A stretch of 64,000 bases of DNA from assembly GCA_043757265.1 (NCBI GenBank), contig JAYUQP010000018.1, positions 27,620 to 91,619 on the forward strand. The letters run 5' to 3'. Below are positions 55,324-64,000 of the stretch, piece after piece. How positions within the stretch are numbered: position 1 is the stretch's first letter; each line of letters begins with the position of its first letter. The notes below the pieces were generated by a model. That model saw only the letters and a program-made list of their open reading frames with translations. It was not told the DNA's origin and did not search any database. A program made the position numbers and the translations under genes. The DNA is from Bdellovibrionales bacterium. GTDB taxonomy: Bacteria; Bdellovibrionota; Bdellovibrionia; Bdellovibrionales; JAGQZY01.

Positions 55324-57099
55324 CTACGGATTGAGCTTTTTAAGACGAGCCATCATAGGCTCGATCTCTTCGAATCCGGTGAGAGTAAGATCTTTAACCA
55401 CTGTGCCGTTTTTATCAATAAATACGATTGTTGGTAGGCCGTAGACTTCATACCTCTTTTGCAGATCTGCAAGTTCTGGAAAATTTTCGCTGGCGTCGAC
55501 TTTTAAGAGCACAAAGTCTTTTGTAGCTTGAACAAACTGAGGCTTGGTAAACGTTTTTTCATCAAGCTCAATACACGCTGCGCACCAGTCGGCAAAAAAA
55601 TCGATGATGACGGGCTTTCCTTGCGCTTTTGCTTTGGCGAGCGCTTCGCCTGAGTAGTAGGTCCACCCATTTTTTAGCGCCGCTTTTTGCACCTCTCCCG
55701 CAGTGCGAGAGGCTGGTAACTTTAAAACAATCGGGCTTAAAACCATCAGCACGCAAAATACAAACGGCATGTAATGCCAAAACTTATGATCCACCTTTGG
55801 ATACACCTTAGCGATAAAGATAAATACCGCCGCAGCTGCCATGAGCGATAAGCAGATTAAAAACCAAGCTTCTGGTAAAAGAGGCTTGATGTAATAAAGC
55901 GCAACACCCAGCATGGTTGTACCTAGCACAAACTTAACCACGTCCATCCACGGGCCCGAGCGCGGAAGCTTTTTGAAGTACGAGCTGAATGTTCCCAAAA
56001 ATAAAAATAACATTCCCATACCCATAGCAAAGGTAAACAACAGCCAAAAACCAAGCACCATGTTTTGCGTCTTAGCGATATAGGCAAGTACGCCCACTAG
56101 CACAGGACCCACACAGGGACTCGCTACAATGCCGGCGATCAGACCAGAAGAGAATGCGCCCATATAGCCACGATTGTCGGTGGCGGTTTCTAGGCGACGG
56201 CTGATAAAATGCGGAAGACGAATTTCGAAATAGCCGTAAATACTCAACGCCATTAAAACAAAAATGACAACGAAGCCTAAGACCACAGGCTGATAGCTCA
56301 GAGCCTGACCAAACAGGGCCCCCGTTTTTGCGGCCACTACACCGAGTAGCGAATAGGTGGCCGAGATGCCTAGCACATAGACCAAACTTAAACTAAACGC
56401 CTGAGCCTTAGATAATTGCGATGCGCGGGCACCGATCACAGCCAGCGTGATGGGAATAAGGGGATACACACAGGGCGTGAGCGAAGTGAGAAATCCAAAG
56501 ACAAAGATAAGCACAAACGCCCACAGCAGGTTCTTTGAAATCTGCTGCTCGATCATTGAAGAGTCATTTACTGACGAGTTATTTACCGACACGTCATTTA
56601 CTGACGAGTCATTGGCTAAGGATTTTTTTTCGACTCTTGATTCAATGTTTAGCGGGAGTTTTACCTCAAGCTTGATCGGCGGCGAACAGTACTTGGTTGT
56701 GCAAGCGATGTATTCCAAATCCATGGCGAAGGTTTTTAATGGCAGTTCAATATCTTTTGGAATTTCGGCAAAAAAATCAAGCTTGGCTGTTTTTTGTAAA
56801 CCGCGGTGCTGCTTTCCCGAAAAATCAATAAACTCCACAAGTGGAGTCAATTGCAGTCCACCTAAAGCCATTCCGTCTGGCTCAAGGGGAAAAAGTTTAA
56901 GTTTATCCTCGTAAACCGAAAACCCTTGGTTGATGGCCACATCGATGGAAACCGTAATCCGACTTCCCGGTTTTATTTCCAGTGGCGATACGCGGGCCGA
57001 GGTCACCTTCATCGGTCGAGCGTCGTCAGACGGCGCAATGTCCAGAGCGTGAGTTGCACTGCCAAAAAGAAACAACGTTAAAATTAAAAGTGCTTTCAT
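55324..57099 (-). CDS. dsbD: Thiol:disulfide interchange protein DsbD
   Basis: N-terminal periplasmic alpha domain, a central CcdA-like TM domain (LTPCVYPLIP, ASPCVGP) and a C-terminal thioredoxin FFADWCAACIEL. I chose the ATG at 57099 (MKALLILTLFLFGSATHA); the track start is 57111. Confidence 0.9.
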   Translation of the reverse strand: MKALLILTLFLFGSATHALDIAPSDDARPMKVTSARVSPLEIKPGSRITVSIDVAINQGFSVYEDKLKLFPLEPDGMALGGLQLTPLVEFIDFSGKQHRGLQKTAKLDFFAEIPKDIELPLKTFAMDLEYIACTTKYCSPPIKLEVKLPLNIESRVEKKSLANDSSVNDVSVNNSSVNDSSMIEQQISKNLLWAFVLIFVFGFLTSLTPCVYPLIPITLAVIGARASQLSKAQAFSLSLVYVLGISATYSLLGVVAAKTGALFGQALSYQPVVLGFVVIFVLMALSIYGYFEIRLPHFISRRLETATDNRGYMGAFSSGLIAGIVASPCVGPVLVGVLAYIAKTQNMVLGFWLLFTFAMGMGMLFLFLGTFSSYFKKLPRSGPWMDVVKFVLGTTMLGVALYYIKPLLPEAWFLICLSLMAAAAVFIFIAKVYPKVDHKFWHYMPFVFCVLMVLSPIVLKLPASRTAGEVQKAALKNGWTYYSGEALAKAKAQGKPVIIDFFADWCAACIELDEKTFTKPQFVQATKDFVLLKVDASENFPELADLQKRYEVYGLPTIVFIDKNGTVVKDLTLTGFEEIEPMMARLKKLNP

Positions 57100-57125
57100 A
57101 ATAATCCCCATGATACAAGATTCGC

Positions 57126-57944
57126 ATGATCACGACCAGTATAAATTCTATTTTTATCGGCTTTGACACAGAGACCACCGGCCGCTACCCCATCGAATCT
57201 GAGATCTGCGAAATCGCCGCGGTTAAATATCTTAACGGTCAAATCATCGATAAATTTCAGTCACTCATCAAGCCAATCCGGCCAATGGGTGAAGAAGTGA
57301 TCAAAATACATGGGATCACGAACGAAATGGTGCAAGATGCGCCGCCGATCAAAGATGTGCTCCCACAGTTTCACAAATTTATACAAGATGGCACGCTGGT
57401 CGCCCATCACGCCCCGTTTGACATGGGGTTTATCTCTGTGGGCTTTGAAGCTATGGGACTTGAGCTTCCGTCGAAGCCGGTGATTTGTAGCAGCCGTCTG
57501 TCACGAAATGTGATCACCGATTCTAAAAACCACCGTCTGCAAACATTGATTCCGCACTTAGGTATCCCGCAAGGCACTGCTCATCGCGCTTTTGATGATT
57601 CCACAGCGTGTTTGGATGTGGCATTGCACTGTTTTGAAAAGGCGCAGTTAACAACACTTGATGCGATTTTCGAAATGCAAGGCGGAGCTCTCTATTGGAA
57701 AGACTATTCCATGGATGAGCTTAAATTTAAAACCAAAAGTTTAGGAATACTCATTGAGGCAATGTACCTGCGTACGCGAGTTCGCATGACTTACCTCAAT
57801 GGTTCCAAGCCCGGTCGCGAACGGGTCATTGAACCCATCGGCCTTGTGCGCTCCCCTGACGGAGACTTCTTCGTCGCCTACGATGACAGCCCCATCGCCA
57901 AGCGCTTTTACATCAGCAAGCTTGGCGAGGTTTCTAAAATTTAA
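57126..57944 (+). CDS. DEDDh 3'-5' exonuclease (DnaQ/epsilon-like) with a C-terminal WYL-like domain
   Basis: 272 aa. Exo I FDTETTG, Exo II HHAPFDMGF, Exo III HRAFDD. The C-terminal ~70 aa (RVRMTYLNGSKPGRERVIEPIGLV...FFVAYDD...KRFYISKL) fit the WYL-domain pattern. Confidence 0.82.
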   Translation: MITTSINSIFIGFDTETTGRYPIESEICEIAAVKYLNGQIIDKFQSLIKPIRPMGEEVIKIHGITNEMVQDAPPIKDVLPQFHKFIQDGTLVAHHAPFDMGFISVGFEAMGLELPSKPVICSSRLSRNVITDSKNHRLQTLIPHLGIPQGTAHRAFDDSTACLDVALHCFEKAQLTTLDAIFEMQGGALYWKDYSMDELKFKTKSLGILIEAMYLRTRVRMTYLNGSKPGRERVIEPIGLVRSPDGDFFVAYDDSPIAKRFYISKLGEVSKI

Positions 57945-57953
57945 CATAGCCTT

Positions 57954-58012
57954 CGTCCTGAGCGTAGCGAAGGATCTCACATACTCAGATCCTTCGCTGC
58001 GCTCAGGATGAC
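57954..58012. repeat. REP-like hairpin between convergent genes
   Basis: cgtcctgagcgtagcgaaggatc (57954-57976) pairs with gatccttcgctgcgctcaggatgacg (57988-58012). One arm recurs at 1731-1753. Confidence 0.8.
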
Positions 58013-58063
58013 GGGTGGATGCAAGGGATGACGGAGGGTGCGCTCGGACTGACAGCTCACCGA

Positions 58064-60208
58064 TTACTTATTGATGCTTTCAAGCCAAACTAAAAACGCA
58101 TACTCATCGGCGATTTCGCGGGTGCGGGAGAAACGGCCTGTCACACCGCTGTGGCCTGCGCCCATTTCGGTTTTCATCAGAATGAGAGTATTTGCCTCAT
58201 TGTTTTCGCGAAGCTTCGCCGCCCACTTTAAGGGCTCCCAGTATTGCACTTGAGAGTCGTGGTAGCCGGTTGTGATCAGCAAATGGGGATACTTTTGAGC
58301 CGTCACGTTATCGTAGGGCGAATAACTTTTGATGTAGGTATATGCCTTCTTTTCATTGGGATTTCCCCACTGTTCATACTCGCCCGTCGTTAGTGGAATA
58401 GTCGCGTCAAGCATCGTGGTAAGCACATCTACAAACGGAACCGCGGCATGCACACCGTGATACAGATCAGGACGAAGATTCATCACTCCGCCCATAAGTA
58501 AACCACCGGCGCTTCCTCCCTGCATGTACACGTGACCTGGTTTTCCATAACCAGCCTTTAACAAAAATTCTGTGCTATCGATAAAATCAGTGAACGTATT
58601 TTTTTTGTGCATCAGGCGACCTTTTTCGAACCAGTCGCGCCCCAACTCCTGTCCACCGCGAATGTGAGCGATGGCGTATACAAACCCACGATCAAGCAAA
58701 CTGACGACATTCGGCCGAAACTGAGCTTCCATAGAAATCCCATAGGATCCGTAGCCGTAAACAAGCAGAGGATTTTGTGCGGCTTTAAAAAGATCCTTTC
58801 GAAAAACTATAGAGATGGGAATTCGCGATCCGTCTTTTGCCTTTGCCCAGGCTCGTTCGGAGGAATACTTTTTTGCGTCGTAAGTGGGAATTTCTTTTTG
58901 TTTTATTAACACCGATTTTTGTGTTTTTACGTTGTAATCAAAAACTGCGTCGGGCTGAACGAGCGAGCTGTAGGCATAGCGCAAAATAGAAGTGCTGTAC
59001 TCTTCGTTTAGACCGATTCCGGCCAAGTAGACAGGATCTTTAAAGCCAATGAGGGTTTTCTTTTTGTCTTTGCGGTTCCGAATTTCAATCTGGGTTAAAC
59101 CCTTCTCCCGAGCTTCGGTGGCAAGAAATGATTCGAAGATGGCAAACGATTGCAAATAAACCGTCTTTCGATGAGCAACAACCTCGCCCCACGAGTTTTT
59201 GCTCACTTTTCCATAGGCAGTTTTCATCAGCCGAAAGTTAACGGCTTTCCAGTTTGTTCGAATATAAAAGCCATCGCCGCCGTCTTCTAAATCGTACTCA
59301 TGGTTTCTCTCCCGCTTCAGAAAAATTTTAAATTCCTCTGTGGGGCGATCTGCCGAGGCATACAAATACTCTGAGCTATTCACGCTGCTTGTTTCGATAA
59401 ATATAGTTTTTCCGTTGAGAGATTTACCAACGCCAACGTTAAATATTTCATCTTTCTCGTGGAAAACTTCGGTGGACTTATTGGCATCAAGCGCATAGCG
59501 GAAAACTTTTTCGGAGCGCAAGGTATCGGGATGTTGTTGACTGTAAAACCCGGTGTTGTTGTCGTTGGCCCATGTCCAACTTCCGGTGGTGTTTGCAATT
59601 TTTTGTTTTAAGATTTCGCCAGTTTTTAAATCTTTAAAATGAATTGTGTAAAAACGTCGCCCTACATCATCGACGATAAAAGCTAGTAGCTCGTGGTTGG
59701 TGGAGATGTCAGCCACCCCCGCAGAGAAATATTTTTTCCCTTGTGCAAGAACATTGATATCAAGGAGCACTTCCTCCGTTGCCGTGAGCGATCCTTTTTT
59801 TCGACAATAAATAGCGTACTCTTTGCCCTTCTCGTAGCGCGTATAATAAAAGTAGCCACCCTTGCGGCTGGGGGCGGATGAATCGTCTTCCTTAATTCGC
59901 GCCTTCATTTCGCGAAAAAGAATATCGGCCGTTGGCTTGCTCGGAAGTAGATTCGCTTTGGCGTATTCGTTTTCTGCATTCAATTGCTTTAGAACGTTTT
60001 CGCTGTCGCGTTCGCGCATCCAAAAGTAGGGATCGGTGCGAACATCACCGTGCAGTTTCATTTCATGGTTTATTTTTTGAGCAATCGGTGGGGCTTGATT
60101 TTTTGCTTTCATCGTTTGACAAGATAGCAAAAGGACCGCGCCACTGAACAGCATTAATACCTGACGCACTGTAAGCCGCGACGCAGAGTTTGGTGAAAAT
60201 AGGGACAT
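58064..60208 (-). CDS. ptrB: S9A prolyl-oligopeptidase-family serine peptidase, oligopeptidase B-like (lipoprotein/secreted)
   Basis: 714 aa. Signal sequence with LLLSC. N-terminus DPYFWMRERDSENVLKQLNAENEY and catalytic-Ser motif GGSAGGLLMG. The beta-propeller plus alpha/beta-hydrolase size fits. Confidence 0.88.
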   Translation of the reverse strand: MSLFSPNSASRLTVRQVLMLFSGAVLLLSCQTMKAKNQAPPIAQKINHEMKLHGDVRTDPYFWMRERDSENVLKQLNAENEYAKANLLPSKPTADILFREMKARIKEDDSSAPSRKGGYFYYTRYEKGKEYAIYCRKKGSLTATEEVLLDINVLAQGKKYFSAGVADISTNHELLAFIVDDVGRRFYTIHFKDLKTGEILKQKIANTTGSWTWANDNNTGFYSQQHPDTLRSEKVFRYALDANKSTEVFHEKDEIFNVGVGKSLNGKTIFIETSSVNSSEYLYASADRPTEEFKIFLKRERNHEYDLEDGGDGFYIRTNWKAVNFRLMKTAYGKVSKNSWGEVVAHRKTVYLQSFAIFESFLATEAREKGLTQIEIRNRKDKKKTLIGFKDPVYLAGIGLNEEYSTSILRYAYSSLVQPDAVFDYNVKTQKSVLIKQKEIPTYDAKKYSSERAWAKAKDGSRIPISIVFRKDLFKAAQNPLLVYGYGSYGISMEAQFRPNVVSLLDRGFVYAIAHIRGGQELGRDWFEKGRLMHKKNTFTDFIDSTEFLLKAGYGKPGHVYMQGGSAGGLLMGGVMNLRPDLYHGVHAAVPFVDVLTTMLDATIPLTTGEYEQWGNPNEKKAYTYIKSYSPYDNVTAQKYPHLLITTGYHDSQVQYWEPLKWAAKLRENNEANTLILMKTEMGAGHSGVTGRFSRTREIADEYAFLVWLESINK

Positions 60209-60370
60209 TGTTGCAGCTCCTGGTTACGATGGAGCGTTTGATACTGCTCTCATGAATGCCGGAGCTTTGAAAAAAACTCCTATTGATAACGGAGCTTAAA
60301 TTAGAAGCTATTTATGTTGAAGGCAAGGTTTTAGCTTTAGGCCGGAGGCTAATCAGGCCGGAGGCCAATT

Positions 60371-60817
60371 TTAATAGCTCGCGCGGCTTTCAAGGATCTC
60401 AAGAGATTTATCGAGAACCTTCATCTCAATAAATCGGGCACGGTTTCGCGGGTCGATGGAACCACGTCGAATTTTCGAGTCTACGTAGCCTATCACTTGC
60501 TGCTTAAAGTGAAAACGCTCCCGCGAGGTTAAACCTTTTAATGGTCCGAAAGGACTGAATAGCTCATTGATGGCTGCGGCGTGCGAACTTGCAAGTCGAC
60601 GGCCTTTCACTTTTGATCCTGTTCGAACAGATTGCCCGTGATTGGGTTTAATGATCTTAATAAGGCTGACTTTTGAGGGATCCAATTTCACATGCTCTGC
60701 GTGATAGCGTGGTCTCGGCTTCGCAGTGTAGGATTTAAAAATCAACGCTCCGGCCAAAAGTATTCCAACGAAACTGGTCGAAAAGATAGCGCCGTGCCAC
60801 AAGCTTTGTGCTTTCAT
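60371..60817 (-). CDS. Membrane-anchored hypothetical protein
   Basis: 148 aa with one N-terminal TM (AIFSTSFVGILLAGALIF) and a G-rich Shine-Dalgarno upstream. I recognise no family. Confidence 0.5.
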   Translation of the reverse strand: MKAQSLWHGAIFSTSFVGILLAGALIFKSYTAKPRPRYHAEHVKLDPSKVSLIKIIKPNHGQSVRTGSKVKGRRLASSHAAAINELFSPFGPLKGLTSRERFHFKQQVIGYVDSKIRRGSIDPRNRARFIEMKVLDKSLEILESRASY

Positions 60818-60969
60818 TTTTTCCCCCCGGAAAATCTATGGAAAGACTTTTTCAAGACTTTCCATCTAGACTTTCGGCACCCTCGACCAAAGACTTGAGG
60901 TGAATTCGGAAAAAACATCTATTATCTCGACACGATACACTGTTCGACTCAACTTGAAACAGCCCCAGC

Positions 60970-61002
60970 TTAAAAATAAATACCCCTCTGAGAACAGAGG
61001 GG
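60970..61002 (-). terminator. Rho-independent terminator of the 61034..62329 gene
   Basis: On the minus strand: cccctctg-ttct-cagagggg followed by tatttattttt. Confidence 0.65.
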
Positions 61003-61033
61003 CGGGGTGCGGATGGATTGCAATTGAATAGGG

Positions 61034-62329
61034 TCAGTGGACTGTGCCGTTTGTAGATTCGGCAAACAAGGTGCTTTTATGAATCAAGTATTCAATGGCT
61101 GATTTTACCTTATACTTAGCATTTCCCATTTGAGCATACACCTGCTGAACTCGTCGCAAACGCGGTTCTGCAAAACGCCCAAGACTTGCAATGTCTAATT
61201 GCTCACCTTCTTTTTCGACTCGATAAATCAGCTGCTCTTCTTGAAACTTTGGCATTACTTCGATTCTGGCGACGAATGCTCTTTCCACTGCATCTGGAGT
61301 CGGAGTGATCTGCAAAGGCAACAACCTATCCACTTCAGCTCTTGGCACCACGTACAGTAGTCGTAAACCTGGAGTCTGAAGATAACCATGCTCCCATGTT
61401 TTTATCATAGCTTGGGACTCCTCCATTTTAAGTCCAGCCGCAACCAAAGATTGCACCAAATAACTGCGAATGGTCATCGGGTCCACCACAAGCTGCGGTA
61501 ACGTTGCTGGCTTGTTCTCCATCATCTGTTGCAAATGCCGAGTTGCAATCATAAAGCCTTTTTTGCTTTGCACGCTGTCAGTTGGCACAGGCAGCATTTG
61601 CGTGTGTCCTTGTTCATTCACTGCGATTAAAAAAAGCGCCGCAGGAACATCTGCTCCTTTTGCCTGAATCTTTAAGTGCAAACTGTCGGACGTGATGGCC
61701 ACTCTCGGCTGAAACCTACCAATCCCACGATAAAAAATAAATTTCTCGCGCTCACCATTTGTGCTTACGATTTGGCTCATTGTTTTTCTCGCGTGGATAT
61801 AAATGTTATTTGCATCCACATGCGGCACTTTGCCTTCGGTTTCAGCAGAAATTTTGACATCAAACGTTGCTGTTCCATTGCGAATCGACACGAAATCGGT
61901 GTTCATTTTAGGTGAACTCGAAATAGGAGCTGGATACGTCTCGGTAATCACGCCCTCTGGAAAATCCACCTTCACCTGCACACGTCGATCGAGGCTCGAA
62001 GGAGTTCCATAAAAATAAATAACGGGAGTCTCCATTTTTTGCGTGATCAGATTGTGTTGAAAAGTGTTTATCGAAAAACATCCCTTGAACATGCACGGTT
62101 CAAGGGCGGGATTTGCGGGTACAATGATAGGATTTTCCGGCCCTGTTTGCGTCTCTCCAAAGCCATGCACAAAATCGGGAAGTTTTTCGTCTTCGTGATA
62201 GAGGCCGTGCTGCGAAATTCCATCGGACCCAACAAGAGACGTGAACGTCCCCCATTCATGGGCCTCAAATTTGGCCTGGGCCTGCGTCATCATCATTGTG
62301 AACAGTAAAAATGCTATGTAGGGTTTCAT
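61034..62329 (-). CDS. Secreted protein of unknown function
   Basis: 431 aa with signal peptide MKPYIAFLLFTMMMTQAQA and an N-terminal KFEAHEWGTFTS motif. Terminator downstream. Divergent from a LysR regulator gene. Confidence 0.6.
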   Translation of the reverse strand: MKPYIAFLLFTMMMTQAQAKFEAHEWGTFTSLVGSDGISQHGLYHEDEKLPDFVHGFGETQTGPENPIIVPANPALEPCMFKGCFSINTFQHNLITQKMETPVIYFYGTPSSLDRRVQVKVDFPEGVITETYPAPISSSPKMNTDFVSIRNGTATFDVKISAETEGKVPHVDANNIYIHARKTMSQIVSTNGEREKFIFYRGIGRFQPRVAITSDSLHLKIQAKGADVPAALFLIAVNEQGHTQMLPVPTDSVQSKKGFMIATRHLQQMMENKPATLPQLVVDPMTIRSYLVQSLVAAGLKMEESQAMIKTWEHGYLQTPGLRLLYVVPRAEVDRLLPLQITPTPDAVERAFVARIEVMPKFQEEQLIYRVEKEGEQLDIASLGRFAEPRLRRVQQVYAQMGNAKYKVKSAIEYLIHKSTLFAESTNGTVH

Positions 62330-62401
62330 AACCCTCCTTTCATGTTGAGCCCTCTAACAGAGAGCACCAACAGAATTAGCGTTGGTCATCGTAAAATAAA
62401 A

Positions 62402-62416
62402 TTGAATTATTATCAA
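62402..62416. promoter_or_regulatory. Candidate LysR-type T-N11-A box in the divergent promoter region
   Basis: ttgaattattatcaa (TTGA-N7-TCAA dyad, T-N11-A spacing), 21 nt upstream of the LysR gene start. Confidence 0.25.
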
Positions 62417-62436
62417 TAACTGTTAACTAAAAGGTT

Positions 62437-63318
62437 ATGGACATTCAAAGACTTCAATACTTTATAACTGTGGCACAAACTCAAAACCTGCGCGAGGCCA
62501 GTGAAATTCTCTCGGTCACACCGCCCGCACTTTCCAAGGCAATGAAGGTTCTCGAAGAAGAGCTTTCTGTTTCCCTCTTCGCACGCGATGGCCGTGGAAT
62601 CCGACTGACCGACACAGGAAAACGTCTTTTAAAAACCGCCCCCCGCATCCTCAAGGATCTTTTTGATTTGCGTGACAATTTACAAAAACAAAAAGATTCC
62701 GTCTCATCCGTGCGCATTGGCACGTTCGAAGTTTTTTCTACGTATTTTTTATCTTTTCTCAAAGTACTCGACTGGGAAAGCACGCCCATGGAACTGCATG
62801 AATTTTTACCGGGCGAAATTGAGCGCTATTTATTAAATGGGGATATTGATTTTGGAATCTCCTATATGCCAATTCCCGATCCGCAGTTGGATTATTTAAA
62901 AGTAACCGCAATCGAAATGGGCGTTTACACTCGTCAAGGAGCCTTTAAAAATGTTCCACAACAAGAACTTCCGTTTGTTGTCCCAGTGATGCCTCTGCAG
63001 GGAGTTCCTACAAAAGTGCGTGGGCTTGATGGCTGGCCAGACGACGCCTATCCGCGCAAGGTTCTTCACCAAGTGACACTCATGGAGTCGGCACTCGAGC
63101 TCTGCCGACAGGGACGTGTGGCTGGTTATTTTCCGGCTTTTATTATCAACGAGCACAATCGTCGCTTCCGCGATGAATATCATCTCGAACGCCGTCGAAG
63201 CCCTTATTCAAGCCGCATCTGTAAGGCCGATGTTTATATTGTAAAACGAAAATCTAGCGAAGAATCTAAAACCATCAAGCAGATGGCAAAAGCCATCCGC
63301 TCGGTTTGTCAGTCTTGA
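62437..63318 (+). CDS. LysR family transcriptional regulator
   Basis: 293 aa. N-terminal wHTH MDIQRLQYFITVAQTQNLREASEILSVTPPALSKAMKVLEEEL, followed by a substrate-binding domain. Confidence 0.9.
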   Translation: MDIQRLQYFITVAQTQNLREASEILSVTPPALSKAMKVLEEELSVSLFARDGRGIRLTDTGKRLLKTAPRILKDLFDLRDNLQKQKDSVSSVRIGTFEVFSTYFLSFLKVLDWESTPMELHEFLPGEIERYLLNGDIDFGISYMPIPDPQLDYLKVTAIEMGVYTRQGAFKNVPQQELPFVVPVMPLQGVPTKVRGLDGWPDDAYPRKVLHQVTLMESALELCRQGRVAGYFPAFIINEHNRRFRDEYHLERRRSPYSSRICKADVYIVKRKSSEESKTIKQMAKAIRSVCQS

Positions 63319-63334
63319 TTGTCAGGCTTGATTA

Positions 63335-64000
63335 TTAGAGACTATAACAACGATCAAACGTGAGTGACTCTGAATCGTCTCCGATGGCAATTGTCCCTGT
63401 ACCGCAACCTGTGATTACCACAGAAGTGGCTTTGCCGTCCGAGCAGGAGCCTGCCCAACTACCCGAGGTGGCGCAATTGCATGTGGAGGCCCAAGTCACG
63501 TTTGTCGGAACATAGTTGCATATCACTCCCGACAAGTTGTTGGTGACTCGCAGTTGCCCGCCAGTCATCACACGATCTGTGCGCGAGGTTCCTGTCACTG
63601 TGATGTTAGATGTTGTATCGGCGGTGTAATCAAATAATGTTTGGCTGGCAAGAGTGAACACCCGGCGGATGCCTGCATTGGATAAAGTAAAATTTCCTGC
63701 TGTAACCCTGGTAATTCTTTGACCAGTTGCTATTTTAGAAACTGTAAGCACCGCTCCTCGCCGTCCTGTTACCGTAAAATTCGGCTCGCGATCCACCATG
63801 TCTCCATCACTATCGATGACACAGGCGGCATCACTAAAGTTCAAAGCGATATTTCCGGTGAATGTTGCGCTACCGATAGTGCATCCCGATAGATCACGCA
63901 CTTTTTGTGAAGCTGCACAGGCCGTAAAAGTCGTATCCTTGCATGCCACGGCTTGCGCTGTTGGCAACAGGCCCAAGGAATTTAAAAATAACAGCGCAGC
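63335..64000 (-). CDS. Secreted Cys/Thr/Gly-rich beta-rich protein, 5' end outside the window
   Basis: The reading frame stays open upstream of the track start to the window edge (...AALLFLNSLGLLPTAQA/VAC...), so a signal peptide continues beyond 64000. About 12 Cys. I recognise no family. Confidence 0.55.
   Translation of the reverse strand, partial: AALLFLNSLGLLPTAQAVACKDTTFTACAASQKVRDLSGCTIGSATFTGNIALNFSDAACVIDSDGDMVDREPNFTVTGRRGAVLTVSKIATGQRITRVTAGNFTLSNAGIRRVFTLASQTLFDYTADTTSNITVTGTSRTDRVMTGGQLRVTNNLSGVICNYVPTNVTWASTCNCATSGSWAGSCSDGKATSVVITGCGTGTIAIGDDSESLTFDRCYSL

Noticed and set aside
1-64000. Search for tRNA, rRNA, tmRNA, RNase P, SRP RNA, dif or DnaA-box clusters
   Set aside because: I did not recognise any hallmark motifs (GGTTCGAATCC-type T-arms, GAGGAAAGTCC, tmRNA tag frame, TTATCCACA clusters) in the intergenic regions by eye. 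A covariance-model scan is still needed to exclude them.

Overview
This is a 64-kb chromosomal window from a Gram-negative bacterium. It is possibly Bdellovibrio-like (Bdellovibrionota), but that guess rests only on gene content and is low confidence. I found no rRNA, tRNA, CRISPR array, transposase, integrase or phage genes.

The main feature is a division/cell-wall (dcw) cluster on the minus strand, complete except for ddl and mraZ. It is split into four blocks: rsmH-ftsL-ftsI (45.7-42.6 kb), murE-murF-mraY-murD (33.6-28.1 kb), ftsW-murG-murC, then a palindrome, then murB (25.3-20.5 kb), and ftsQ-ftsA-ftsZ-lpxH (16.7-12.4 kb).

Three accessory islands separate the blocks:
- Island A (16.9-20.5 kb) sits in the slot where ddl normally lies. 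It encodes an M14/DUF2817 peptidase, a small secreted protein and a DedA-ATP-grasp fusion.
- Island B (25.3-27.9 kb) encodes an SGNH esterase lipoprotein, a Cys-rich secreted protein and a small secreted protein.
- Island C (33.6-42.6 kb) encodes an S1 protease, a CXXCH lipoprotein, a DAACS symporter, a flavoprotein-DUF1365-CFA-synthase operon, and a TetR regulator with an alpha/beta hydrolase.

The flanks carry housekeeping and envelope genes: rpsD, coaE, a Ser/Thr kinase, dcp, nadK, recN, upp-like, hpt, PBP4/dacB, an SBP coupled to REC-GGDEF, lspA, an Na+/H+ antiporter, dsbD, an exonuclease, ptrB, a LysR regulator, and several unknown secreted or outer-membrane proteins.

The most unusual sequence-level signals are:
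- several families of long palindromic intergenic elements, one of which brackets the fatty-acid-modification module;
- an LspA with a 2TM-HAMP extension;
- the membrane-anchored ATP-grasp protein in the ddl position;
- an orphan SBP translationally coupled to a diguanylate cyclase.

All protein calls rest on motif recognition by eye. No database search was possible.
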